NCBI RefSeq assembly: GCF_018350175.1 | Contig: NC_058368.1 | Span: 195,178,001-195,242,000, forward strand | Direction: 5' to 3' | Length of the DNA stretch: 64,000 nt | Origin: Felis catus | Lineage: Eukaryota | Shown: positions 37,743 to 49,767 of the stretch, piece by piece | Layout: the number at the start of each line of letters is the position of its first letter | Position numbering within the stretch: position 1 is the stretch's first letter | Translations under genes and position numbers: made by a program | The notes under the pieces: model-generated | What the model saw: the letters and a program-made list of their open reading frames with translations, nothing else | The model's database searches: none | What the model was told of the DNA's origin: nothing

Positions 37743-39287
37743 CTTCTTGCTCAGGTCAGGGGCATGGTCGGGGAGTTCACAGAGGAAAGGTGGCATATGG
37801 GCTGTACCAAGACGGATGGGAACAGTCTTTGATGTCCAGGAAGCTGTAAGCAGGAGCTCAGGAACGAGAAGTTTCCAAGCATGCTTGGGGGGACACTGAG
37901 GAGTCCGGTTTCCATGGTGCATGGGGCAGTGGAGGCCCAGCAGGTCCCCTGGTTGGGTCCTGGGGCCAGAAGGAAGAAGGACCCGAGCCCGGGTCAGGAG
38001 TGGCGGGGGAAGTGTGGAGGGGAAGAATGGCAGCGTCATGATGCGGTTCAGCAGTCCATCCCAATCCCCGTCCCTTCCTCCCTTCCCCCCACCCCGGGGC
38101 TGCAGGCTGTCGCTGCACTGGACACGCTGGAGGCCAGCCTTGGCCCAGAGAGGGGCCCGAGGGAAGACAGCCGCCTGCCGCTCCACACATGACTAGTCAA
38201 AGGGCTCAGGGGCCACCCCACCACCCTCCTTCTGGTTAATGCCTCATCAGCCCAGACTCCGAGACCTGGGCAGCAATCAGTCAAGTGGATAACCGCCCAG
38301 GTTAGTCTGCCCGCTGGAGCTCCTCTCACGCTGCACACCCCCCGGCGTCTCCTCCAGGGCTGAGGCAGCTGGTAGGAGAGAGGCCTGGGAGACTCCCCTC
38401 CCCGGCCGGGGAGCTCCTCTGGAGGTCTTGGGCAACATACCACAGCAGCCTGCTTGGCACTGTGGTCATCCATAGTGCTGGTGACAGGTCCCCAAGGGTG
38501 TGGCTCACAGTGGCTGCAGCAGCTCCATGAATGAATACCTTCCGAGAGCTGGGAAAGGAGCCAAGAGCCTCATTACTCCCTCATAAGCACCAAGACCAGA
38601 ACCTTAATGATTCCACTTATCCTTAGGGTCCAGCCAGAACTTCTAAGAAAAGCACGTCCTAGCCACAGAACTAGGCCTCGGTTGTGGTCACACGGCGGAG
38701 AAAATAGCTCTGTTCTGAGCAGCCCCAGGAGTTGTCAGCCCATTTAACACATGAGGAAACAGAGACTTAGCGCATTTAAGTCGTCCGCCTTGGGTCACAG
38801 AGCTTAGAACAATAGCAGTAACAATACGTAGCATTCTTGCTTATTAACCAGGTTCAAGGGTCGAGGCTCAGCGGAGCATCAGGCAGAGACACTAAGAGTC
38901 AGAACTGACTGCGGAGGGAGGTAATGAGCTCCCTGTAATTAGAGGTGTGCAAGCAAAGACTCACTTCTTCGCCAGGGAAGCTGCAGAGGGGATGCAAGTC
39001 CCTGGGTGGGGAGGGTTGGGTCAGAGGGTTGGGTCAGACGGTTGCAGAGCCCTTTTGAGCTCTGCGGGCGGGGGCAGGAACTATTTCATTTACCCCTCTG
39101 TCCTCCGCACCAGGTGCAGACCCCGGAAACGTGTTAAGTATGGGGCCTCACACAAAAGAAGCAAATGATTACATTCTGTAACTAAAAAGCACGGCGGCAG
39201 AGAGAGAGGGTGGAGGGAGAGCTGATTCCTGTCTGGCTTTTCTTCCCTTCCCTTAAAACACTGATTCTCAACCCAGGGAGCACATTC

Positions 39288-39333
39288 GAGACACCTGGGG
39301 AGCCAGGGCAGAGACACCTGGGGAGCCAGGGCA
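39288..39333. repeat. Perfect 23-bp tandem duplication
   Basis: (GAGACACCTGGGGAGCCAGGGCA)x2. Confidence 0.95.
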
Positions 39334-39579
39334 GAGAGGCGCCCCATAAATCGTACGGAGGCTAAGCTGTCCTGCCTCCCAGCGAGAGAGGCAGACACTG
39401 GGCTTGGCACTTTCCATGCATGATCCGTCCCGTGAATCTGCACGACCTTATGAAGCCGGTGTTTGTTCTTACCCCCATTTCACAGATGGAGCAACCGGAG
39501 CTTGGGGAGGTTAAGTCGCTTCTGGAAAAACTCACAGCTAACCACAGTGAGAAGAAGAATTACCTTTTATGGGAGACTT

Positions 39580-39760
39580 TCCTGCTAAGTGACATCCATT
39601 TAACCTTTATCTTTTTTTTGATCCTCATAACAAGCCCGTGAGGTAGGAGTTATTATTATCCCCATCTTTTCAAAAAAGGAAACTGAGGCTCAGACTCAGT
39701 AACTCACCCAAGGTTACTGAGCTCGTGGGTGGCAGTGCTAGCGTTTTGAACCGGGCCTGG
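39580..39760 (-). mobile_element. MIR SINE fragment
   Basis: GAGGTAGG...ATTATCCCCAT...GGAAACTGAGGCTCAGA...CCCAAGGT. Confidence 0.65.
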
Positions 39761-40099
39761 GAGGCTGGGGGATCTCAGGGCTGCGTGTCAGGGAGGACTG
39801 TGGGGAACACTGGCTGAGAGCTTCCCCAGGCCCCTCATGGTCTCTGTGTGTCCTTGCGTGACTACTACCTGCCTAGGGCCTCAGTTTATCCTTCTGGAAG
39901 CCCGAGGAGGGAGGTGGAAATGGGCCTGATTTCTCAGCAACTTTCCAGCCCTCATTTTCCATGACTCGATTCCCCACTGTGAGTTCTGGGCCACAAACCA
40001 GTTGGCTTCCTCCCTCCCTCTCCGTGAGACAGGGAGCTGGCAGGAGGGGATGATCCGCCTCAATTCTCCCACCTCCTTTTTCCTCCTCCTCCTCCTGGG

Positions 40100-40270
40100 C
40101 TGGGACACACCTACTCCAACTTTCTCAGCAGCCTCTTTGGGAGTGCGTGCGGGCTTTCCTGCTCGGAGTCTCTGCACCTCCCTCCGAAGCCTGTCAGCTT
40201 GGTGCTTGGGGAAAGGGCTCCAGCCCAGCAGCCCAGCCCCGGGGCACCCTCCCCTGCCTGAAGGGCATAG
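40100..40270 (+). promoter_or_regulatory. FAT2: Candidate non-coding first exon / TSS region of FAT2 (5' boundary approximate)
   Basis: Repeat-free GC-rich segment with no ATG, ending in a good donor TAG|GTAAGG (40270/40271). G-runs follow, typical of first-intron 5' ends. It lies ~21.6 kb from the acceptor, similar to my recollection of the human FAT2 exon 1-exon 2 spacing (inference). Confidence 0.55.
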
Positions 40271-42169
40271 GTAAGGCCTGCTGGAGGGTGGGAGGCTGGG
40301 GGAGGGGGTTGCAAAGCGAATCCATTCTTGTGCCCTGTCCCAGAGCAGGGGGCAGGCGGGGGGGGGGGGGCACGGTTGGGGGCTCTTTGAAGGTGAGACG
40401 GGACCAGGAGATGGCTGGGGCAGGCACGGTGGGGGTAGGACAGGGGCACCTAGGTACACTGAATGAATCCAAGCCAGAGATGTAGCCAGCCCGAGCCTTG
40501 GGGCTGGGGACTGGGGCCGGGGAACGGGCAAGGCTAGGACTTTGATCTCATGGAGGAGCAAGGTCACATTTGCAGGCTTAGAAAGTTGGACTCATGTCCT
40601 TGGAAGAATGGGAAGTCGGTGCTTGGGCTTTCAGGGGATGAGCCTTCAGGGGGCATGTGGGGACATTTTCCTCTGTGGTTTTAGGGGGAAGTGCTGGGGT
40701 CAGGGGGCCAAGAGGTGCTGGCTTCTTGTGTGTGTCCAGGGAGGCAGAGGGATCCTATTATGGACAAAGCCACCTGGTGTGGAGGAGGGAGGGAGGGAGG
40801 ATCTAAGGGACAGTCAGATAACCTGGCCAGCCGTGGCCTTTGTGTGACTCTTGAGGCATCTGACGAGACCTCAGCTCTCCTGGCTGTAAAATGAGGGTGC
40901 TCACCATCTCCAGGGGCTGCGAAAGGCTGTGGGTCTAAGAGGCACCAGAGGCAGCATGGGGGTGGGGTGGGGTGAGTGGGGGCAGCTCTGTTCCCCTGTC
41001 TTGGGGGAAGCAGAAATCCGATGCCTATCTTTGGAGGCAGGACAGCTCGAGTGGAACGCTGAACAGAGATGCCAGGCCAGGGTTCAGCCCTCCACTGGAG
41101 AGAGGGCGTGCTGTATGCCCGGATGCGGGGAACAGCAGAGTATTCTGGGGTTTGCGGAGGGCTCAGGAGGGCTGCCTCTGTCGCCAGCCACGCTCTGGAG
41201 CTGGCCGCCTGGGCTCAGGAGACAGGAGGGAGGTCGAGAAGCAGGCACGGGGCTCCTTTTACAGATGGGGAGCTGAGCCTGGGCAGAATAACAGTGCCCT
41301 GCACGCGGAACACTACTCTCAGCCATTGTTACTGTTGATGTTTGCTGGGTGCTTCCTGTGTTCAGGGACTGGGCTGAGTGTGCATGGTCATTTGAAAATT
41401 GTGGGTGTTTGAAGCAGGGAAGATGGAAAGAGAATTTCACTATTCGAATTTCTGTAACCCAGCAGGCTGTGTGGCCTGAGGCAGTTCCATACCTTTCTGG
41501 GCCCATTTCCCTCCACATAAAATAAAGGTGGCTAGATTAGTGTATGACCCATTCTTAACTGATTCACCCCAGGAAGCGTGTTGGTCATGCAGAGCAGGAA
41601 GGACTGGCTATTTTGCAGGTGGGGAAGCGGGGGCAAGCTCAGGTTTCCCCCAGGGCTCTCCATGGAGCACGGGTTACACTGTGGCAGGGACATGCTACGT
41701 GCATGACGCTGGCTAGCCTGATAGAGTGCAACAGTGACACCCCCCTCTGCCAGGGGCTCCCCAGGCTTCAGTTTTCTCATCTGTAAAATGGAAGAGGAGC
41801 TAGAGAGAGTCAAGTTCTCCCTGGAACCCCCCTCTGATTCTATGACGCTTGGTGGTCTCCTTAAGGACTCAGGGGACCAGACCCAGAAGGACACGGACAT
41901 TCTCCAACCCCTACATGTCAGCTGTGGCTGTACTTTCTCTGGGGAGGGGTTGGCGGGCTCCCTCTACACCGGTCCTCTGGGAGTTGGGCCGCTGTACTCT
42001 GCTCCCTGCACCTTCTTCCCTGGGTACAAATGAACTCACCCCAGTCTACAAGTTCTCCTTCCAGCTGCCCCATGATAGGCTGTGGTGCTGGCATTGCTGG
42101 TGGCCAGGTGGGGCCAGGTAGGTAGGAGAGAATGCGGGGCAAGGGCCGTGTCTTAAAGGAAACTGGGCA

Positions 42170-42398
42170 GGGGCGCCTGGGTGGCTCGGTCAGATGCGCG
42201 GCCGACTTCGGCTCAGTTCACGATCTCGCGGTCTGTGAGTTCGAGCCCCACATGGGGGTCTGTGCTGACAGCTTAGAGCCTGGAGCCTGCTTCACATTCT
42301 GTGTCTCCCTCTCTCTGTCTCTGCTCCTCCCCCACTCATGCTCTGTCTCTGTCTCAGAAATAAATAAACATTAAAAAATTTAAAAAAAGAAAGAAAGA
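42170..42398 (+). mobile_element. SINEC-type SINE (FAT2 intron)
   Basis: Head GGGGCGCCTGGGTGGCTC, A tail. Confidence 0.92.
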
Positions 42399-43700
42399 AG
42401 AAAACCAGGCAATGGTGTTGGCACAATTAGGGACCTTTGTACCCCCTGGATGGGCCCTGCCCTTTGGGCTTCTTCCAAATTGGATGGGACAGAGCCTCTG
42501 GAAGTTTCCCATGCTTCCTGGGTCCCCAGCACCTGCTGAGCTGGCCCACAATCTCAATGCTACTGTTTCTATGGCTAATGGTCCTAATGCTTGTGTTTAT
42601 AATGGGGGTCTCTAGACAGGCTTACAAAGAAAAGCCTGGGTCCAAATCCTGGGTATTTTTAGTTGTGTGACCTGGGGCCTCAACTCCTCTAAACCTCAGT
42701 CTCCTTATTTGAAAAATAGGGCAAAGGATAGTCCTTTCCTCAGCGATTGAGGTGACATTTGAATGAGGTCACGTGTGTAGTGCACAGGGCCTTATTGGTT
42801 ACGTTCGTGGTCATCAATTACTCAGCTCCCTGTGCTTCCCTTGGGCGGACGCCATCTCACAGGACCCTGAAGTATTCCTTCATAAGACAAGTCACTGTTG
42901 CGGTTATTAGTTATTTGTGTTTTTGTCTCCTGCTCCTGGCTCCTACTAAGGGTTGCTCACTGCTCTGGCATCCGCGTCTAGCACGGTGCCTGGCCAATCC
43001 GAGAAGCTCATCACATATCTGCTGAGAGAGCTAATGAATCTTCATTTCTAATTCATAGAGGAGAACGGTCACTTAGAGGGACGGAGGATTAGCTGGACCC
43101 AGCCACAGATAACTAAGAGTAAGGAGCGGAAAGATCCCTAGAGAGGATCGAATCAGACAGATGGAGCCCCTGCAGCCTCACCAGAGAAGGCTGAGAACTT
43201 GGCTGACGTCACACAGCAAGCGAGCGGGGAAGGCAGGACTTCGACACAGGCCTTTTCACTCTCCTCTGCCTCTCTGCCGAGTCCGGTTCAGAAGGTATTG
43301 CTTCCCATGCAGGTCATCAGTCTAGGAGGCCGGTGAAAATCCCCACGTCCCCAGAAGGCAATTTGGGATCAACAACCAGGTTGACCGCTAGACTGCGAGT
43401 TGTCTTTCAGGGGACAGGGGACATAAACCTCATCAGTCAGACCCCTTTCCCATCACCCACCAGCACACACACCCCCACACGCACATGCACACGTTCCTGC
43501 CCGCACACCGCTCTGTCACTATCGCCAACGAGCTGGCAGGTGCCTGTGACTGTACAACTAGAAGGGTCCTGAGGACTTCCCTGAAGTCTCCAAGAATCGG
43601 TGGTCCCGTTTTACAGAGGGAACCATTGATTTTGAATATTTGCCTGAAGTCACCAGTCTGTAATGGTGTCCTGGGTCATTGGGCAGCCGAAACGGATCCA

Positions 43701-44042
<342 letters not shown>

Positions 44043-44259
44043 AACGGGGAGTCATTTCTGAGCATGGGATTTAAGCATGGAGAAGAGAGCTCTCATTGAC
44101 CGACCCCTCCACGCGCCTGTCGCCAGGTTGTCACGTGCACCCTCTAGTCTGCTGCGCTTCCCTTGTTGTTGCTAGTGTTGTGTTCTGGGTGTGGAGACAA
44201 GAGACACTCAGGAAAGCTAAGCCACTTCCTTTCAGTCACACGGCTCCTTTTCCCTCCCC

Positions 44260-44660
44260 ACTTAGTTCAGTACACTTAATGGGCACTTACGATGTGCTAG
44301 GTCCCCAGAGATTCACCGTTGGTGGCAGCAGGCCCATAAATGGACGGTTTAATACCTCGAGGTGGGTAGCCAAATAGAGGCAAACTCAGACTGGAATGAG
44401 GGCCCAGAGGAGCGATAGTCAGCCTAGTTACAGAGCCAATGAAGGAAGCCTTCTTGGAGGAGGTGGCACTGCACATCAGTCTGAATAAGGCTTAAATAAG
44501 GAACCAAAAGTAGGAAAGGCAATTCACAAAGAGAAAGCAGCATGTGTCAAGGTGCGGCCGGGGTGTGCAGCTGGGTGGAGAACATTTGGAGACCTGCAGT
44601 GAGAGGTAGGATGGGGCCAGGTCATCAAAGGCCTTATGTGACAGGCTAAGGAGTATGGCT
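44260..44660 (-). mobile_element. LINE-2 fragment
   Basis: GGAAGCCTTCTTGGAGGAGGTGGCA...GGGGCCAGGTCATCAAAGGCCTT. Confidence 0.5.
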
Positions 44661-44692
44661 TTTTTTTTCAATGTAGTTTATACATGATTTTT

Positions 44693-44893
44693 AAAACATT
44701 TTTTTCAACGTTTATTTTTGAGACAGAGAGTGAGTGGGGGAGGGGCAGAGAGAGAGGGAGACAGAAGCCGAAGCAGGCTCCAGGCTCTGAGCTGTCAGCA
44801 CAGAGCCCAATGTGGGACTCAAACCCACCGACTGTGAGATCATGACCTGAGCGGAAATCAGCCGCTTAACTGACTGAGCCACCCAGGTGCCCC
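44693..44893 (-). mobile_element. SINEC-type SINE
   Basis: TSD TATACATGATTTTT at 44679-44692 and 44894-44907. Confidence 0.93.
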
Positions 44894-44958
44894 TATACAT
44901 GATTTTTTTTTTAAATGAGGAATTAGAAACATACAAAAGAAGATTAATAAAAAAAACT

Positions 44959-45122
44959 GGGGTGACTGAGTGGCTCAGGCAGTTGGGCATCTGACTCTAG
45001 CTCAGGTCATGATCTCACAGTCCGTGAGTTCGAGCCCCACATCAGGCTCTGTGCTGACAGCTCAAAGCCTGGAGCCTGCTTTGGCTTCTGTGTCTCCCTC
45101 TGTCTCTGCCCCAGCCCCACTT

Positions 45123-45163
<41 letters not shown>

Positions 45164-45213
45164 CTCTCTCTCTCTCAAAAATAAACATTTTAAAAAATTA
45201 AAAAAAAAAAAAA
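44959..45213 (+). mobile_element. SINEC-type SINE with long (CT)n
   Basis: Head GGGGTGACTGAGTGGCTCAG, (CT)n, A tail. Confidence 0.92.
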
Positions 45214-47669
45214 ACATCACCCAGCTTCAAGAATTGTGTTTCCTCCACCAACTCTTCCCCCATCAGATTATTTTGAAGCAGATCCCAGATATATAATTGC
45301 ATCTGAAAATATTTTCGTATGTTTGTTTAAAACAGAAGGACTTCAGAAAATCATCAGAGCAGCATGGCTTTTATTTTGTAAATATTGGAGGACTGTGTTG
45401 AGGGAGGTTCAGTTGAAGGGTGCCTTGGCTGTGGGGAAAAGCAGGAATTTGAGGAAGGGGATTGGAGTATTTTGTTGTCTCCCCCTCGGGCAAGCACATG
45501 CCCGATATTCCCGCTGATTAACAAAGCATCTCCTAAAACTCATCTCCTTCTGGAAGAGGTGATGCCTTAAACCTGTTCCAGTTTAGAGCCTGGGGAAGAG
45601 AGAAATCCCTCCCCTTCTCCCACTCCTGAGTCTTGTTCCATCCCAGAGACTGGAGTGGCCCCTGTGAGGCACCTACCCGTCCCCTGGCTGGGAAAATTGG
45701 GAGCCCACAATGGAGAACTCTCCATTTGCCAGATCCGGCGCCCACAGCAGTTGGTCTGGGTGCAAGCTGAGCAGGACTGTGCATGCCAGCAGTGGGGCAA
45801 CGTTCGTGTGCGTGTGCTCACGTGTCCCAGGTCAGAGCTGCTGTCTGTACCTGCGGCACCCTTCTCTCTCTGGGTCCTCTCAGCAAACGCAAGACTACGT
45901 GGCACAAAATGCATCGTTTTAGATGCCCAGGAGCTTAGCCTGGGGAAGAGGCAGAGCTTGGTATCAGCACTGCACCATGGTTGGGTGCATGAGCTCTGGA
46001 GCCAGGTTGCTCTCTCTCCAGTTCAGCCTGTACCGCTGTCTATGCCTCTGATCTTGGGCACGTAACATCACCTCTCTGAGGGTGCAGGGGTGTATAATGC
46101 CATCTACCTCGTAGGGCTGCTGCCTCTTCTTAGCATAGTAGCCAGGACATATGAAAAGCTCACTAAACATTAGCTACTATTACAGATTTGGAGTCTCCTG
46201 AAGTCTGGAGAATCGATTCAGCAGCATCATAGCATTTTGGAAAATTCAAATCCTAGAATCTCAAACTGTTGGAAGCATATAATTACAAGAACCCTATTAG
46301 ATCCCTAGCATAAGTCTCTACTCTGTGAAGATTCCCTACACAGTGTCTCTGTACTCTTTTTTTTTTTCTTCTCGTAAACATTTAAGAGCAAGGTGCATCA
46401 ACCATTGTAAGTTACAACTTGACGAATTTTACAAAGCGCTCACAGCAGTGATAACCAGCAACCGGAGCAAAAGCAGACACGACCAGTGCACCCCACCCCC
46501 GCCGTCCCCCAGAGCCCTCCTGATGCTCCTCGCCAGTCCCTACACCCACCCCCTCACACACACAAACGTAGTGATTATCCAGCCAGCTGGGCTGTTGTCA
46601 AATACCTTCTTGTGGAGTGTGTATCATCATTAGGAGAACCCTAATTATTAGAGAGGCTCGGTGAGTTAATTTGGAAGTTGTCGATTAAACTTTACCTTTA
46701 AGTTGTTTTGTTTTTACTGTCATACTTCAGTGGCAGCCTAGTTTAGGGCTGAGCTCCCAAAATGCCTAGGCCTGCTTTTAAAAACACAGATTCTGCAGCC
46801 CCATCCTGAGTCTACAGCACCAGAATGTGGGATCTGGTGTGGGACCAGGGAATCTGTGTTTTTACAAGCTCTCGGTGAGGTCCAGCTGGCTTTGGGAACC
46901 ACTCAACTAGTGTTTCAGAGCTCGGACTCAACTTGGAGAGGCTATTTTTCCAATCCATGTTCCATCTTACTGGCCATTGACCTTGGACAAGACTCTCGGA
47001 CTTTCTGACCCTCAGGTTTTTCACTTATCAGATGGAGACACAATGATAGGACTTATACTGTTGGGTTGTTGACGGGCTCTGACAGGCACATGTTCACTAA
47101 GTGAAGACATAGTCAGCAGGGCTATTACTGGGAAGAGCCCCTCTGTGGAGTAGCCAAAGGAATATTGGATTTGGTATCTGAAGCCTTGTGTTTGCGTCCT
47201 GACTGGGCCACTTGCTGGCAGTATGACCTTGGCCAAATCTTTTGACTCCCCTCTCTGGGTCTCGACTTCCCTCATAGGGTCTTTGAGGGGATCAAACAAG
47301 AGAAGGGACGGGAAGACTGCACTGAGGACAGAAAAATGCTGAGTGAAGTAAACTCCAATGAATGGGGACTCAGCTGAGCCTGGGAACCCAGTGGAAAGCG
47401 GTCTTGCCTTGCCCTTGCGGTTAGCGGAGGGCGGGCCAGGTGGGGGTGGGAGAGGGAGCTGCTGAGACCTTGGTGTTCCACAGTCCTGGTATGCCCTGGC
47501 ACAGCTCCCGTGCTTCTTGGTTTCTGACAACTGTCTCCTTCCTGGCTTCTGGGGCAGGAAGAACCCAAGATCCCATAGCGATGAAATCCCGTGCAATGTG
47601 CCATAGCCAGAATGCTTTTATTATTTCAATGTCTTCCCTTTTATTAAAAGCTCTTTGAAGCCCTTTACT

Positions 47670-48205
47670 GGCATTTTTAGAACACTGTTTAATGAAGTGT
47701 CATAGGCATACGAGAAATGCACAAATCCTAAGCGTATGGCCCAATGAATTTTCCAGAAACTAACCGGTTCCCAGATGAAGAAACAGAACATTACCACCAT
47801 TCCAGAAACCTCTTTTGTGCCCCTTCCAGTCACTAACCCCCTCACAGGGGAAACTTTATCTTACTCTAATCCACAGATAAGTTTGCCTGTTTTTAAACGT
47901 TACATAGTTAGAAGAGTACAGTATGGACTCTTTTGCATATGGCTGCTTTCGGTCCACAGTATGTGAGTGGGATTCATCTGTATTGTTGCCCAGAACAATA
48001 CTTCATTTCCCCTGATACATAGTATTCCCTTATATGACCATTCTACAGTTTACTTATCCATTCTGCTCTTGATGGACATTTAGGTTATTTCTAATGTAGG
48101 GCTATTATAATGGTGCTTCTCGGAGCAATCTGCCTGAGTCTTTTGGTGAATATACTTCCGTTGTGTCCCCTAAGAAGATTGCTGGGTCATGAGGTATATG
48201 TATGT
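47670..48205 (-). mobile_element. Ancient LINE-1 3' fragment (L1ME-like)
   Basis: Motifs AAATGCACAAATCCTAAG, CAGTATGGACTCTTTTG, TTGATGGACATTTAGGTTATTTCTA. Confidence 0.6.
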
Positions 48206-48219
48206 GGATCGAACCCTGT

Positions 48220-48441
48220 TATTTATTTTTTAGTTTTTTTTAATGTTTATTTATTTTTGAGAGAGAGAGACAGAGCACAAATGGGGGGGGGGACAGAGAG
48301 AGGGAGACACAGAATCCGAAGCAGGCTCTAGGCTCTGAGATGTCAGCACAGAGCCCGATACGGGACTCGAACCCACGAACCGTGAGATCATGACCTGAGC
48401 CGAAGTCGGTGGCTTAACCGACTGAGCCACCCAGGTGCCCC
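48220..48441 (-). mobile_element. SINEC_Fc-type SINE
   Basis: TSD beginning TCGAACCCT on both sides. Confidence 0.93.
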
Positions 48442-49731
48442 TCGAACCCTTTTATTTTGAAGCTTAGCTCAATTTACTGCAAGTAGAACATGGCTCATGG
48501 GGTTGAGGGATTGAGTCTCTACTCAAGAGATGGATAGACCTGACCACAGGATGATAAATATTTGCCTCCAGGGTCTGAGGTGCTGGGGGCACAGACAAGT
48601 TTGCAGATTCAGAGGCTCTCAGGTGAAAGTCAGACTCGGGAATCAGACCTGTTGCTTTTCCTCCCCGTCTGCTCTTGTATTTGACTCTAGAGTTGGCTTT
48701 GTGTCTGCTTTGCCTGAGGGCCAGTCTTCCCCCCAGTGTGGTCAGCAGACCACCTACAGGGGAAAGCGTGTACCCCCAGCCCACCTCAGCCCTACTAAAT
48801 CAGACTCCTTGAGATGTGGCTGTGATTTTTCACACACTGGCATTTGCAAAGCACTTCTTATGAGCTTGCAGTCTTTTCCTCTCTTCCCCACCCCTCTCCA
48901 CTGGGGCCTAGGAGAGGGCCACCTATGGGCTATCCACTTTGAAAGGAGGCGTGGTAAAACATAAGATCCTAAAAGAAGAGGTGACCTTGTTCAGCAGATC
49001 TCAAACACCAGTCTCACCAAAATCACCCCGGGAACTCGTTAAACATCTATTCCTGGGCCCCACCCCTAATGATTTTGTTTAGTAGATCTGGGGTGGGGCT
49101 GGGAATACATAACCCCCACCTCCACCCCCTTAGGGAATTTCCAATGGTGGGAACCACTGGTTCAATTCAATGGCCAGTCCTGTCCTGTGAGAAGACAGTG
49201 GGCCCGGTGACTCTGTTCCGTGTCTGCCATGGCTGAGTGGAGCGCGAGTCACAGGGAAGAGGGGAAAGTGGAATCGGTGTGGACGGAGCCCAGGGGGCTG
49301 GAGTGGGGAACTCCAAAGCTTGGCCAGGAGCCTGCCAGCAGGGGCTGCTTAGCATCTCAGCACGCACCTTGATGCTCACACATATCCCTAACCCTTTGGT
49401 GCCCCTACCCCCCCACCACCACAGTCAGGTTCAGCCAGCTCCACTGCACTGACAGGGGCGGGGGTGGGGGGGGGCCTCGGACAGCGGAACTGCCTCTCGT
49501 GTCCCACTGCTAGAGTGCCGCTCCCTGCCTGCTGAGGCCTGCCCGCCTGCCGGCTTTGTTCTAGGCAGTTCTGCTCAGCGGGATTTGGACTGGGCTGAAC
49601 AGACAGCATGGCTAGGCGAGGCCAGGCCCGAGGGAATGGGATGGAGAGAGAAGGCTGGAGACAGAGCCTTTGCCGAGAATCTGTGTTGGCTAGGCTGAGA
49701 GGATCCGTGGTTATATGATCCCTCCCTTCTT

Positions 49732-49767
49732 GCAAGTGCTATTTCCAATCGCAAGTGCTATTTCCAA
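49732..49767. repeat. 17-bp direct repeat (19-bp period) followed by poly-C
   Basis: GCAAGTGCTATTTCCAA TC GCAAGTGCTATTTCCAA. Confidence 0.93.

Noticed and set aside
39881..40567. 228-aa minus-strand proline-rich ORF over the predicted promoter
   Set aside because: Non-ATG start, no recognisable domain, and explained by high GC/G-run content.
41685..41710. Possible p63 site GGACATGCTACGTGCATGAC near the promoter (FAT2 is reported as a p63 target)
   Set aside because: The CATG cores are 7 nt apart rather than the canonical 6, and the second half-site is weak.
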